Origin: Alphaproteobacteria bacterium
GTDB lineage: Bacteria; Pseudomonadota; Alphaproteobacteria; SP197
Direction of reading: 5' to 3'
Assembly (NCBI GenBank): GCA_964291415.2
Contig: OZ219918.1
Span: 640,001 to 704,000 of the forward strand
DNA length: 64,000 bases
Each line of letters opens with the position of its first letter. The first letter of the stretch is position 1. The notes beneath the pieces were generated by a model. That model made no database searches and had not been told where the DNA came from. It saw only the letters and a program-made list of their open reading frames with translations. Positions 30,056 through 39,558 of this stretch are shown piece after piece. A program made the position numbers and the translations under genes.

Positions 30056-31834
30056 TCAGGTCTGCTGGCGGAGGTCCACCTTCACGTAGGTGCCGGGGGC
30101 ATCGGCGAGGGTGGGGAGTTTGCCGGCACCGGGCTGGCGTGCATCGACCATGCTGCCGCCTCTCCGGGCGAGCCATGCCTGCCAGTGGGGCCACCACGAA
30201 CCCTCGTGGTTCTGCGCACTGTCGAGCCAGTCTTGAGGATCGGCGGGTGTCGTGCGGTTGGTCCAGTATCCGTACTTCATCTTCGCCGGCGGATTGACGA
30301 CGCCCGCGACATGCCCGGACTTCGCCAGCGTGAAGACGGTCTTGCCCCTGAAGTGGCCGGTGGCGCGGTAGGTCGACTTCCAGGGTGCGATGTGGTCGTC
30401 CTGAGTCGACAGCAGATAGGCCGGCGTCTCGATGGCCGAGAGGTCGATCGGTGTGCCGCCGAGCTCCAGTGCACCAGGCTGAACGAGCAGGTTCTCGAGA
30501 TACATGCGCCGCAGGTAGTAGCTGTGCATGGCGGCGGGAAGCCGGGTCGAATCGCTGTTCCAGTAGAGAATGTCGAAGGGGAAGGGGTCCTTTCCCAGCA
30601 GATAGTTGTTGATGACGAAGGACCAGATGAGATCGTTGGCGCGCAGGGTGGAGAACACCGCAGCCATTTCGGAACCGTCAAGGAAGCCGCGTTCGTTCAT
30701 GGCGCTTTCGAGGCTGCTGATCTGGTCATCGTCAATGAAGATCTCGACGTTGCCGACGTCCTCAAATTCGACCAGCGTCGTCAGAAAGGTCGCCGAGGCG
30801 ACACGCCGGTCGCCCTTCACCGCCAGGTGCGCCAGTGTACAGGCGAGCAGGGTACCGCCGATGCAGTATCCCAGGGTGTTGATCCTGTCTTCTCCGGTGG
30901 CCTCGCCGATGGCATCGAGCGCGGCCACGGGTCCTTCGATCATGTAGTCCGCGAAGGTCTTGTCAGCGAGGGTGGCATCGGGATTGATCCAGGAGATGAC
31001 GAACACCGTGTGCCCCTGGTCGACCACCCAGCGCACGAACGAATTCTGCGGGCTCAAGTCCAGGATGTAGTACTTGTTGATCCATGGCGGGATGATCAGC
31101 AGGGGCCGCCGACGGACCTTTTCGGTCGTCGGTGCATACTGAATGAGCTCCATGAGATCATTGCGGAAGACGACCTTGCCTGGTGTGACCGCGATGTTGC
31201 CCCCCACCTCGAAGGCGTCCTCGTCGACCGTGCGGATGGCGAGGCGGCCCTTGCCCCTCTCGAGATCCTCGAGAAGGTTGGCAAGGCCCTTGACCAGGTT
31301 ATCGCCCTTGCTTTCGGCCGTGGCCCTCAGCACCTCCGGATTGGTCGCGGCAAAGTTGGTCGGGGACACGCCATCGATGAAGAGCCGGGTGTAGAAGTCG
31401 AGCTTGCGTTTCGACCGTGCGTCGAGTCCGTCGACAGTGCCCATCAAGGATTGCAGCCAGTTGGAGCACAACAGGTAGGACTGCTTGATGTGATCGAACG
31501 TGGCATCGCTGGACCACTGTTCATCGCGGAACCGCTTGTCGCCGGCCTCCGGCTCGATGACGGGCTCGACCTCCTCTCCCATCATTTTCCGGGTGGTCGT
31601 CTGCCAAAGGTTCATGTAGTCGCGCCACAGTCCGGCCTGGGCCTCGACGAGCTTCTCCGGGTCCTTCATCAGGCGGGTGAAGGCGTCCATGAACACCTCG
31701 TTCATGCGCCTCATGTCCTCCATGGATTGGTCCTGGTGGGACAGGAACTCCTGAACCAGCCGGCTGCTGCGCTCGGCGACAGCCTGCCAGTCCCGGGCAC
31801 TGAAGTCGGTCTCGGTCATCGTCTGCGGTTCCAT
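30056..31834 (-). CDS. phaC: Class I poly(R)-hydroxyalkanoate synthase
   Basis: PPWINKYYILDL, lipase box GYCIGG, DHIAPW, GHVAG and SWWPHW motifs. Confidence 0.97.
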   Translation of the reverse strand: MEPQTMTETDFSARDWQAVAERSSRLVQEFLSHQDQSMEDMRRMNEVFMDAFTRLMKDPEKLVEAQAGLWRDYMNLWQTTTRKMMGEEVEPVIEPEAGDKRFRDEQWSSDATFDHIKQSYLLCSNWLQSLMGTVDGLDARSKRKLDFYTRLFIDGVSPTNFAATNPEVLRATAESKGDNLVKGLANLLEDLERGKGRLAIRTVDEDAFEVGGNIAVTPGKVVFRNDLMELIQYAPTTEKVRRRPLLIIPPWINKYYILDLSPQNSFVRWVVDQGHTVFVISWINPDATLADKTFADYMIEGPVAALDAIGEATGEDRINTLGYCIGGTLLACTLAHLAVKGDRRVASATFLTTLVEFEDVGNVEIFIDDDQISSLESAMNERGFLDGSEMAAVFSTLRANDLIWSFVINNYLLGKDPFPFDILYWNSDSTRLPAAMHSYYLRRMYLENLLVQPGALELGGTPIDLSAIETPAYLLSTQDDHIAPWKSTYRATGHFRGKTVFTLAKSGHVAGVVNPPAKMKYGYWTNRTTPADPQDWLDSAQNHEGSWWPHWQAWLARRGGSMVDARQPGAGKLPTLADAPGTYVKVDLRQQT

Positions 31835-31924
31835 TTTCGGGAGTTCAAGGCCGGTTGAGCGACTGCCCCGGACGCGATAGGTTACCCTTGCGCGATCGGC
31901 AACCGTGCGAGATCAGGGTATACA

Positions 31925-32170
31925 ATGGCTCATCAGGCCACCTCAAGCGTGATGTTGCCGGGACGTGTCGTCCTGGTGCTTGCCGTCGCATTGTCGATGC
32001 TGTCCGGCTGCAGCGACGATTCCTGGCCCCGTCTGGCCTCCGTTCCGGAGACTCCTCCCGATACCACGACCCAGGAGGAGTTTGACGGCACCGTTGACGC
32101 GCTTCGCGCGGTCAGGGAAGCGGTTGCCGAAGAACTGGAATCGTGGCCCTACCCGGAAACCGGGAACTAA
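31925..32170 (+). CDS. Small putative lipoprotein
   Basis: Hydrophobic signal with lipobox LSGC; its stop overlaps the hom ATG. Confidence 0.6.
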   Translation: MAHQATSSVMLPGRVVLVLAVALSMLSGCSDDSWPRLASVPETPPDTTTQEEFDGTVDALRAVREAVAEELESWPYPETGN

Positions 32171-33459
32171 TGGCGACTCTCGGAATCGGAATTGCCGGGC
32201 TGGGGACGGTTGGCTCAGGCGTGATCGGACTTCTTCGGCGGAACGCCGGCCTCATCGAGGCCGGGTGCGGCCGAAGGATCCGGATTGCCGGAGTGTCGGC
32301 GAGGGATCGCAGTCGCGACCGTGGACTCGACCTTGGCGACTGCCGCTGGTTCGATGATGCGCGGGATCTCGCGGACGATCCCGAGATCGACGTTGTCGTT
32401 GAACTCATCGGTGGCGAGGGCGGCATCGCTCTCGATCTTGCCAGGCGCTCCATCGCTGCGGGCAAGCACTTCGTCACGGCCAACAAGGCGCTCCTGGCGA
32501 TTCACGGAACGGAACTCGCGACAGCTGCCGACCATGCCGGCATCCATGTCGGCTACGAGGCGGCGGTCGCTGGCGGCATCCCGGTGATCAAGACGCTGCG
32601 CGAGGGACTGGCGGCGAACCGGGTCCGGCGCGTCCACGGCATCCTCAACGGCACGTCGAACTACATTCTCACCGCCATGCGCGAACACGGCGCGGCTTTC
32701 GATGACGTTCTCGGCGAGGCGCAGCGCCTGGGCTATGCCGAGCTCGATCCCACCCTCGACATCGGTGGTGGCGATGCGGCGCACAAACTCGCGATCCTTG
32801 CCGCCCTTGCGTTCCGCCGTCCGGTGGATTTTGCGGGAGTCCATGTCGAGGGGATACGCGACCTGACACCCATGGACATCGCCTTTGCCCGGGAATTCGG
32901 CTATCGCATCAAGCTGCTTGCCATCGCCCAGGCCGGCAACGGTGGCATCGAACAGCGGGTGCATCCCACGATGGTGCCCGAAGATGGCGCAATCGCGCAC
33001 ATCGACGGCGTCTTCAACGCCGTCGTCATCGAGGGTGACGCGGCTCCGGTGACAACCCTCATCGGGGAGGGAGCCGGGGCAGGCCCGACGGCGACGGCCG
33101 TGATCGCCGATCTTGCCGATATCGCCCGGGGTGTCCGTCACGCCATGTTCGCCTCTCCCGGTTCCGAACTGGTCCACCGTCCACCGGTGACAATCGACCG
33201 GCGACAGGGCGAGTACTACGTGCGTCTGATGGTGATCGACCAGCCCGGTGTCATGGCGGACATCTCCGCGATTCTGCGCGACGAACAGATCTCCCTCGGC
33301 AGCCTTCTGCAGCGGGGCCGGGATCCTGGAGAGACCGTACCGGTGGTGATGACGACCCACGAGGCGGAGGAGGCGTCGATGCGCCGGGCCTGCGGTCGCA
33401 TTGGCGCTCTCGACACTGTCACCGAGCCGCCGGTCACCATTCGCATCGAGCGGGTATGA
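32170..33459 (+). CDS. hom: Homoserine dehydrogenase with ACT domain
   Basis: GLGTVG, VTANKA, EAAVAGGIP, GILNGT and GAGAGPTA motifs. Confidence 0.96.
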   Translation: MATLGIGIAGLGTVGSGVIGLLRRNAGLIEAGCGRRIRIAGVSARDRSRDRGLDLGDCRWFDDARDLADDPEIDVVVELIGGEGGIALDLARRSIAAGKHFVTANKALLAIHGTELATAADHAGIHVGYEAAVAGGIPVIKTLREGLAANRVRRVHGILNGTSNYILTAMREHGAAFDDVLGEAQRLGYAELDPTLDIGGGDAAHKLAILAALAFRRPVDFAGVHVEGIRDLTPMDIAFAREFGYRIKLLAIAQAGNGGIEQRVHPTMVPEDGAIAHIDGVFNAVVIEGDAAPVTTLIGEGAGAGPTATAVIADLADIARGVRHAMFASPGSELVHRPPVTIDRRQGEYYVRLMVIDQPGVMADISAILRDEQISLGSLLQRGRDPGETVPVVMTTHEAEEASMRRACGRIGALDTVTEPPVTIRIERV

Positions 33460-34439
33460 CGCAGTCGGCAACGGCATCCGTGACGGGCGTCGAACACCTC
33501 GTCCTCGATGCGGCACGGGTGTGCGAGGCGGCGGCCATCGCTGCTGCCCGTCATGTCGGACTGGGCGACGAGAAGGCCGCGGACCAGGCGGCTGTCGATG
33601 CCATGCGGCGCGCCCTCAACCGCATCGACATGCAGGGCCGGGTGGTGATTGGCGAGGGAGAGCGCGACGAGGCGCCGATGCTCTACATCGGCGAAGAGGT
33701 CGGCACGGGAAAGGGTGCGCGCCTCGACATCGCTCTCGATCCGCTCGAGGGCACGACGCTCTGTGCGACCGGAGGAGCCAATTCACTGGCGGTCCTGGCG
33801 TTTTCGGGGGCCGGAGGACTCCTTCATGCCCCGGATACCTATATGGAGAAGGTCGCGGTCGGAGCGGATCTGCCACCAGGCGTCGTCGGGCTCGATCTGC
33901 CGCCGGGCGAGAACATGCAGCGTCTTGCCGAGGCGAGGGGTTGCCGGACTGCCGACCTCGTGGCACTGATCCTCGACCGTCCGCGCCATGACGACCTGAT
34001 CCGGGAGGTGAGGAAGACGGGCGCGCGCGTCCGGCTCATCCAGGACGGCGATGTCGCCGGCGTGATTGCCACGACAAGGCCGGAGACCGGGATCGACATC
34101 TACTTAGGAATCGGCGGCGCTCCGGAAGGCGTACTGGCCGCCGCCGCCCTTCGCTGTGTCGGCGGCCAGTTCCAGGGCCGCCTTGCCTTTCGCGATCACG
34201 GTGAACGCAGCCGGGCCCGTGCCATGGGAATCACGGATCCGGACCGCATGTTCCCGCTCGGCGAACTGGCATCAGGCGACGTGGTGTTCTGCGCGACCGG
34301 CGTGACCGATGGCTGGTTGCTCAAAGGCGTCCGGCACGACGGCGCCAGGATCGTCACCCAGTCCCTCGTCATGAGTTCCAGTGCGGTGCGCGTCATCACC
34401 ACCGACCACGCGCCACGCGAAGGAGATCCTGAACGGTGA
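33456..34439 (+). CDS. glpX: Fructose-1,6-bisphosphatase class II
   Basis: GEGERDEAPML, DPLEGT, DRPRH, DGDV and GGAPEGV motifs. Confidence 0.96.
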   Translation: MTQSATASVTGVEHLVLDAARVCEAAAIAAARHVGLGDEKAADQAAVDAMRRALNRIDMQGRVVIGEGERDEAPMLYIGEEVGTGKGARLDIALDPLEGTTLCATGGANSLAVLAFSGAGGLLHAPDTYMEKVAVGADLPPGVVGLDLPPGENMQRLAEARGCRTADLVALILDRPRHDDLIREVRKTGARVRLIQDGDVAGVIATTRPETGIDIYLGIGGAPEGVLAAAALRCVGGQFQGRLAFRDHGERSRARAMGITDPDRMFPLGELASGDVVFCATGVTDGWLLKGVRHDGARIVTQSLVMSSSAVRVITTDHAPREGDPER

Positions 34440-34742
34440 GTGCCGCGGTTCTCGGCGTTGGAAGGAGGCGACTGCGGCAGATGCGCCGGCTGAAGGGCTC
34501 CAATTCCACCATGCGTTTATTTCAGTTGCCACTCAGCGCCTCGCGTGAAGACTTGCCCTTGCGGCTGCATAGCACCGCCCGCTACCGGCTGGCCGCTGAC
34601 GTCGTATCCGCAATCCTGTTGCTGCGTGATTTCGGGCAGGAATTGGAGGTCAATAGTCACAACGGTTGTAGAGATCTGTTGCTTCATGTTGCATGAGTGT
34701 GATGAATGACAATGGTGTGCGAAGCGCGAGGAGAGCCAAATC

Positions 34743-35216
34743 TCATACCATTTCGTTTGTCCACTCACCCCAAGGAACAAATATAGCACGATACGCCAAT
34801 TCTATAGCATAGTGTCTCAGTGCGTCTCTTCTGTCTTCAGCGTCCAACGCAACCGGCACTACAATATCAGCGTGATAGGGATTATCGTCCAACGGTGTCG
34901 GAATAGCTCTACAGCCGACATCCGCGACGTCGCCTGCCGACAATGTATACCAACCCCAGAAATTCTTTCCGGACAGGCTAGCATTTCGCACGCCCAATTC
35001 AGCCAACGTGACGGCTGGTGCCAATGTCATACGATTGACCGAGATTTCGTTAGTGTTGCTGGGTGGATCGAACTTGGATGCAGGCACCCAAGCCTTACCT
35101 TCTGCCCTTAGTCGGCGAAGGGCTTTCTTGGCGCCCGTTTGTGATCGTTCGTCCCTACCAAGCTTCTCATCGCTCCCAAGGGGCACGATTTCCCGTTCAT
35201 CAATCTGGCTCGTCAC
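34743..35216 (-). CDS. Hypothetical protein, possible ADP-ribosyltransferase-fold toxin
   Basis: Pattern LGR...F...ISV...NPYHADI; last gene of an AT-richer three-gene operon, with its start overlapping the upstream stop. Confidence 0.55.
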   Translation of the reverse strand: MTSQIDEREIVPLGSDEKLGRDERSQTGAKKALRRLRAEGKAWVPASKFDPPSNTNEISVNRMTLAPAVTLAELGVRNASLSGKNFWGWYTLSAGDVADVGCRAIPTPLDDNPYHADIVVPVALDAEDRRDALRHYAIELAYRAIFVPWGEWTNEMV

Positions 35217-35878
35217 TACCGAATACCCACCCTCTTCAGCTCTCGAAGCCCGCCTTCCTTTAGCAAGTTGGCGGCATCAACAACCCGTAGGCGTCCTTTC
35301 GAATCGCTGGTTCGATGGAAAAGCACTCCAGAACCATCTTGCTCTATCAGGAACAAAATACCACTCTTGCTATCAGGGTTGCGAAAGTCGATAGCGATGC
35401 AACTCTGTTGCATGGGATAAATCTCCGGACGATCAACTACATAGTTTGCGACCTTCTCAAGCAAGTCCTTTGCCTTGACCAAGGCAAGGTTCGAAGGTTC
35501 GTCCATTTCCTCTTCTTGTGCGTGACACGGGCACTCTGCCAAGTCCTGTAACGATTCTTGCAACCAGCTACCATAGTCTCGCAACGGGTTGGTTAGTCCG
35601 AAATGGACAATTGATGCGACAGGCGCCGAAACGCGTGTAGCTAGCGGAAAGGAACCGGAGATGTATTTTTCGAACTGCGCTTGAGCCGAATCGTGGTAAA
35701 GTTGCTCTTCGACCGGTGGCGGGGGTATACGGGCCTCGTAGTGTCTGAAATAGTCCGCCGTGTTGGCGCTCTCGAAGGACCTACCCTGGAGGACGACCCG
35801 TGGGTCTCGGCGAATGGCTGCCGCCGCTGGTTGGCCTGCGGGCTGTGTCAGAGGAAGACGGGGCGAAGCAGTGAGCAT
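35216..35878 (-). CDS. Hypothetical protein (low-complexity N-terminus, folded C-terminal domain)
   Basis: 220-aa ORF translationally coupled to the downstream gene and 9 nt from the upstream one; AT-richer than the backbone. Confidence 0.65.
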   Translation of the reverse strand: MLTASPRLPLTQPAGQPAAAAIRRDPRVVLQGRSFESANTADYFRHYEARIPPPPVEEQLYHDSAQAQFEKYISGSFPLATRVSAPVASIVHFGLTNPLRDYGSWLQESLQDLAECPCHAQEEEMDEPSNLALVKAKDLLEKVANYVVDRPEIYPMQQSCIAIDFRNPDSKSGILFLIEQDGSGVLFHRTSDSKGRLRVVDAANLLKEGGLRELKRVGIR

Positions 35879-35887
35879 TCTATGTTG

Positions 35888-36601
35888 TTACTCCACGGCG
35901 AGGTTCAGCTTATCCATGACAGCCTGCGAGACTAAAGCAAGGTGATTGGCCTTGTCATCAAAACTGTCAAAATGAGAGCCCGCAGCATATTCACCAGACA
36001 TCTCCAAGAACAAGTCCGCCTCCTGCAAGGCTGATTTGTCAACTGTGATGCCAATTCGCCATAGATCGTTACTGTTGATACACTCAAACTTGACAAGTGA
36101 TCTGGTGTTCGTTGCCTCAATTTGAAATGGGTCGTCAGAGTCGGGAAGCCAAGTAAGTCCTCTAACAAGTCCTTCGGCAGCGGGAACACCTCCTTCGATG
36201 GTCAGCCAGGAGGGCGTTACAAGTCTTGAATCGGCGGGTGCTCCGTCGGCAAGAAATCCACAAACAGCATCCTCAAACAGCTTGGCATGTCGTTTGGCCT
36301 GTTCGACGGCATTGGATGATCGAAGATCAAGAAAACGTGTCTTGTAACCGTCAAGTCTTGCTTCGAACACGCTGAGGCCTGAATGCAATGTCAAGGTGAC
36401 GCCAGCCGTGGCTAGTGTGTTGCCATTTTCCAAACTAATCGCATCGGAGGGAATGTTGAACTCTGATGAGAAAGCATCGTAAATGGGCTCAATAATCTGG
36501 GCAAACGACGCCATTCGACTGAATGCAGGACGAGCAAAGGTGACTTCGTAATGCGCATCAAATCGGAATACGTTGGCTTTCATTGGTTCAGACTCAGACA
36601 A
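35888..36601 (-). CDS. Hypothetical protein, TIGR04255-like alpha/beta protein
   Basis: 237-aa ORF with an N-terminal E-V-x-F strand and a C-terminal LFLE strand plus helix; family assignment tentative. Confidence 0.55.
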   Translation of the reverse strand: MSESEPMKANVFRFDAHYEVTFARPAFSRMASFAQIIEPIYDAFSSEFNIPSDAISLENGNTLATAGVTLTLHSGLSVFEARLDGYKTRFLDLRSSNAVEQAKRHAKLFEDAVCGFLADGAPADSRLVTPSWLTIEGGVPAAEGLVRGLTWLPDSDDPFQIEATNTRSLVKFECINSNDLWRIGITVDKSALQEADLFLEMSGEYAAGSHFDSFDDKANHLALVSQAVMDKLNLAVE

Positions 36602-37051
36602 GGGTAGGGGCCGGTCATTCTGATACGGAATTGGTGCACATTCAACATATGTAGGTATTCAGCGTACGTTCTGCAATCATCAAGAAGGGTCGCGCGAAGC
36701 GTGCGAGCCGAGGGCGCACTGTTCTTGACCATGGAAGGTCGATTGGAGTTGTCACGCACGGAGGGTGGCGGAAGAGCGCTTGGCTTGTCTTTGCTTGAGT
36801 GGAAGAGGGCATTCGCGACAGGCGTTCAAGAAGACGAGCATGACACGAAATCAGATTACAGGGAGAACTACAACAGATGATGCATTCAGGGACTCCGGTC
36901 GAACGGTGGGGCAAGCTGGCCGCGGGCAGTTGATGAGAGATTCAGGCATGCCTTTCTTTTCTAAGGGCGACTAGTTCCGCGGCGCACACAAGGGAAGACA
37001 GGCAGCGAATTCCGCGCTAGTTATTCTGGAGGGATGTACGTGCCATCGGTG

Positions 37052-37237
37052 TCACCAGCGCCCGGTTCAGTCAGGTGAGGGGAACGCAGTCGCAGAGCGT
37101 GCCCAGTGCCACCAGATCGAGCCACTGCATGAGATCGGGCTCGGGACATTCGTCGAACCGGCCGCGCTGGCGCAGTTGCCTGTTGATAGCAACGACGGTC
37201 ATGAATGTCACGCCAACAGCCGCGAGGTTGCCCAGGC
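37052..37237 (-). pseudogene. recJ: Inverted internal fragment of recJ (copy of ~51105-51290)
   Basis: Encodes LGNLAAVGVTFMTVVAINRQLRQRGRFDECPEPDLMQWLDLVALGTLCDCVPLT*LNRALV, near-identical to the resident RecJ. Confidence 0.9.
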
Positions 37238-37315
37238 GGCCGCGGGTCGCGACAAGCTTTCCTGGAGCAGACGTGTCAGCGCACTGCGCAGCGGCGCCTT
37301 GCTGAACTCGTAGAG

Positions 37316-37630
37316 TTCCACCAGCATTCCCTCGGAACTCCCGGCGCCCGGGCAGGATTTCGTTGCTTGGCGCGCGATACACCCTGTCGTCGAGGCCTTC
37401 CTTCTGCCGGTCCCTGCCGGAATTCCCGACTGTAGCCGGGAAGGGCCTGATTCGATCGGAGTGGTACCTCAGGCCACCGCCTCGCATCCTGTTTCGCGGC
37501 TTCGCCTCGGTAGTGCCGGAACCCTCCAGCGAACCAAGGCCTCCGGGTGCATCGGCGCTGTGTTCCTGAAATCGCCTAGGGGCCGGACGGGGCGATCCCG
37601 GCCTCGCCATTCTCGGAAGATCGCGACCTC
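37316..37630. repeat. Dispersed non-coding repeat, copy 1 (copy 2 at 43848-44038)
   Basis: Both copies run TTCCACCAGCATTCCCTCGGAACTCCCGGC...GGCGCGCGATACACCCTGTCG...GGAAGATYGCGACCTC; copy 1 has an extra ~135 nt between GGGCC repeats. Confidence 0.85.
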
Positions 37631-38338
37631 GGCATCCCCTCCGGTGAGAAAGCGGCACTTGTCGGCAATCCCCGCGCCGGAGAGCGAGAAGCGCAAGATG
37701 GCGCTCGAGTTGTTCTTCGGGAGCACCTCCTCGTCGTCGTCATCATCGGTCGGCAGCGGCGCGAGGAGAAGGGCCGTCATCGAATGGTCGTGTTGGCCGT
37801 TGACCTGCGAGAATTGATGGTCCACAGGCACCAGGATCTGCTTGAGGTCATCGGTCTTGCCGTCCTCGTCCTCGGCGAGGATGCGGACGCGGTCGCCGTC
37901 GCCCACCTTCCAGGGCGTGTCGCGAAAGAGCCGGACTCGGCGGCGCGCCTCGGCAGTGAACGCCTTCGCGTCGTCGCAGAGGACATGCCGGCGCGACGCG
38001 CGGTGGAACACCATCGGTGACGACCAGACTTCCCGGATCACGATCTTGTCCGTCCGTTTCGACCATTCGTCGGGCGGTCCGAGATGGAAGTGCCTGCGCG
38101 GCCCCCGGCAGTGATCCTCGTCCGGGTGGCTGAGGAGCAGCGCGTCGACATAGAGCCGTCCCGCAGCGTCCCGTACGAGCTTGTCGCGCAGCTTCGCGGC
38201 AACGTCGGGCGTATCGTCATCGGGATCGTCGGCGGCAGAGCGAATGTTCATGTCGATCAATATCCTGTTGCCCCCCTCGGTCTGGACGAGCGTCATGTCG
38301 CCGTTGCCGACCGGGAAGAACGAAAGCTGGGCAGTCAT
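37620..38338 (-). pseudogene. Metallo-beta-lactamase-fold (ComEC-like) metallohydrolase, 3' truncated
   Basis: FFPVGNGDMTL, LID, SHPDEDH, NNSS and LTGGDAE motifs; the coding character ends where the repeat begins. Confidence 0.75.
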
Positions 38339-38414
38339 GGTCTCAATCTCCGAAACGGAACGCGGGTTCGCTCGTCCACATGGGGATGCCCTGGTCGCGG
38401 TTCAACCCCTGTAA

Positions 38415-38448
38415 TTGACAAAAATCGCACCTAGCTATAGTTTGTCAA
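38415..38448. promoter_or_regulatory. Palindromic operator/promoter between the metallohydrolase and XRE-ImmA genes
   Basis: TTGACAAA-N18-TTTGTCAA inverted repeat, giving a TTGACA -35 on each strand, with TATAGT inside. Confidence 0.65.
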
Positions 38449-38463
38449 CCGCAACGAAGGAGG

Positions 38464-39558
38464 GTGAAAATGACTGTAGGCCAACGTATTAGAGTATCAC
38501 GCCGCGCCTGCGGCCTGTCGCTCCGCGACCTGGAGGCCCGAATCGGCAACCGCGTGACGGCGCAGGCCATCAGCAAGTACGAACGCGACGAGTCGATGCC
38601 CAGCTCGGGCGTGCTCATCGCGCTGGCCGACGCCCTCGAGGTCCCGATCGACTACCTTGCGAGCGACAGCGAGATTCGCCTCGAAGCCGTCGATTTCCGG
38701 AAGAAGCGGCTCACCAGTCGCCGAGAGGAGTCGCAGATCGAAGCCAACGTCCTGCACCTCCTGGAACGGTATCTCACGGTCGAGGAGATCCTGGGGCTCC
38801 CCACCGTCGCGTGGGACATGCCGCGTGACGCCCCCTGGCCCGTGCTGCGCGACCCGGTCGAAGCCGAGCAGGCCGCGCTCGGCATGCGTGCCCACTGGGG
38901 TCTCGGTCTCGATCCGATCCCGAACCTGGTCGATCTGCTGGAGGAACGCGGCATCAAGGTTCTCTCGATGAGCCTCCCCAACATCGATGGGCTCACGGCA
39001 CGGGTGCGCCGCGAAGACCGGAGCCTGGCGTCGGTCGTCGTCGTGAACCGGGACGATTGGGGCGAACGCCAGCGCTTCACGCTCGCGCATGAGCTCGGCC
39101 ACATGGCCCTCGACCCGGCGGCGAAAGTCGACGAGGAGAAAGCAGCGCATCGTTTCGCCGGCGCGTTCCTGATGCCCGCCGAGACGCTGCGGGCGGAGAT
39201 CGGCAAGCACCGCAAGTCCATCGGCTGGGGCGAGCTCTTCGAGCTCAAGCGCATCTTCGGCGTGAGCGTCCAGGCGCTCACCTACCGCTGCAAGGACCTC
39301 GGGATCCTCGGGGCGCCCGCGTTTCGGACGCTGTTCAACGAATTCACCCGCCGCGGCTGGCGGAGCCCGCCATACAGGGAGCCCTGGGCCATGCCCGGCG
39401 AGCGGTCTCTGCGCTTCGAGCGCCTGTGCTTTCGGGCCCTGTCCGAGGAAGCGATCTCGGAAGCGAAGGCTGCCGAACTGCTTGGCCATTCCGTCCACGA
39501 GCTCAACCGGCGCATGGACGAACCGCCGAGCGTGGACGCGGAACTTGCCGGAGTGTGA
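38464..39558 (+). CDS. XRE-family HTH fused to an ImmA/IrrE (peptidase M78) domain
   Basis: N-terminal HTH (QAISKYE), VDFRK, RQRFTLAHELGH and E..AHRFAGAFLMP motifs. Confidence 0.92.
   Translation: MKMTVGQRIRVSRRACGLSLRDLEARIGNRVTAQAISKYERDESMPSSGVLIALADALEVPIDYLASDSEIRLEAVDFRKKRLTSRREESQIEANVLHLLERYLTVEEILGLPTVAWDMPRDAPWPVLRDPVEAEQAALGMRAHWGLGLDPIPNLVDLLEERGIKVLSMSLPNIDGLTARVRREDRSLASVVVVNRDDWGERQRFTLAHELGHMALDPAAKVDEEKAAHRFAGAFLMPAETLRAEIGKHRKSIGWGELFELKRIFGVSVQALTYRCKDLGILGAPAFRTLFNEFTRRGWRSPPYREPWAMPGERSLRFERLCFRALSEEAISEAKAAELLGHSVHELNRRMDEPPSVDAELAGV

Noticed and set aside
34517-34789. Possible fourth gene of the three-gene module
   Set aside because: Short, no clear RBS or motif, and it overlaps the upstream gene in the track version.
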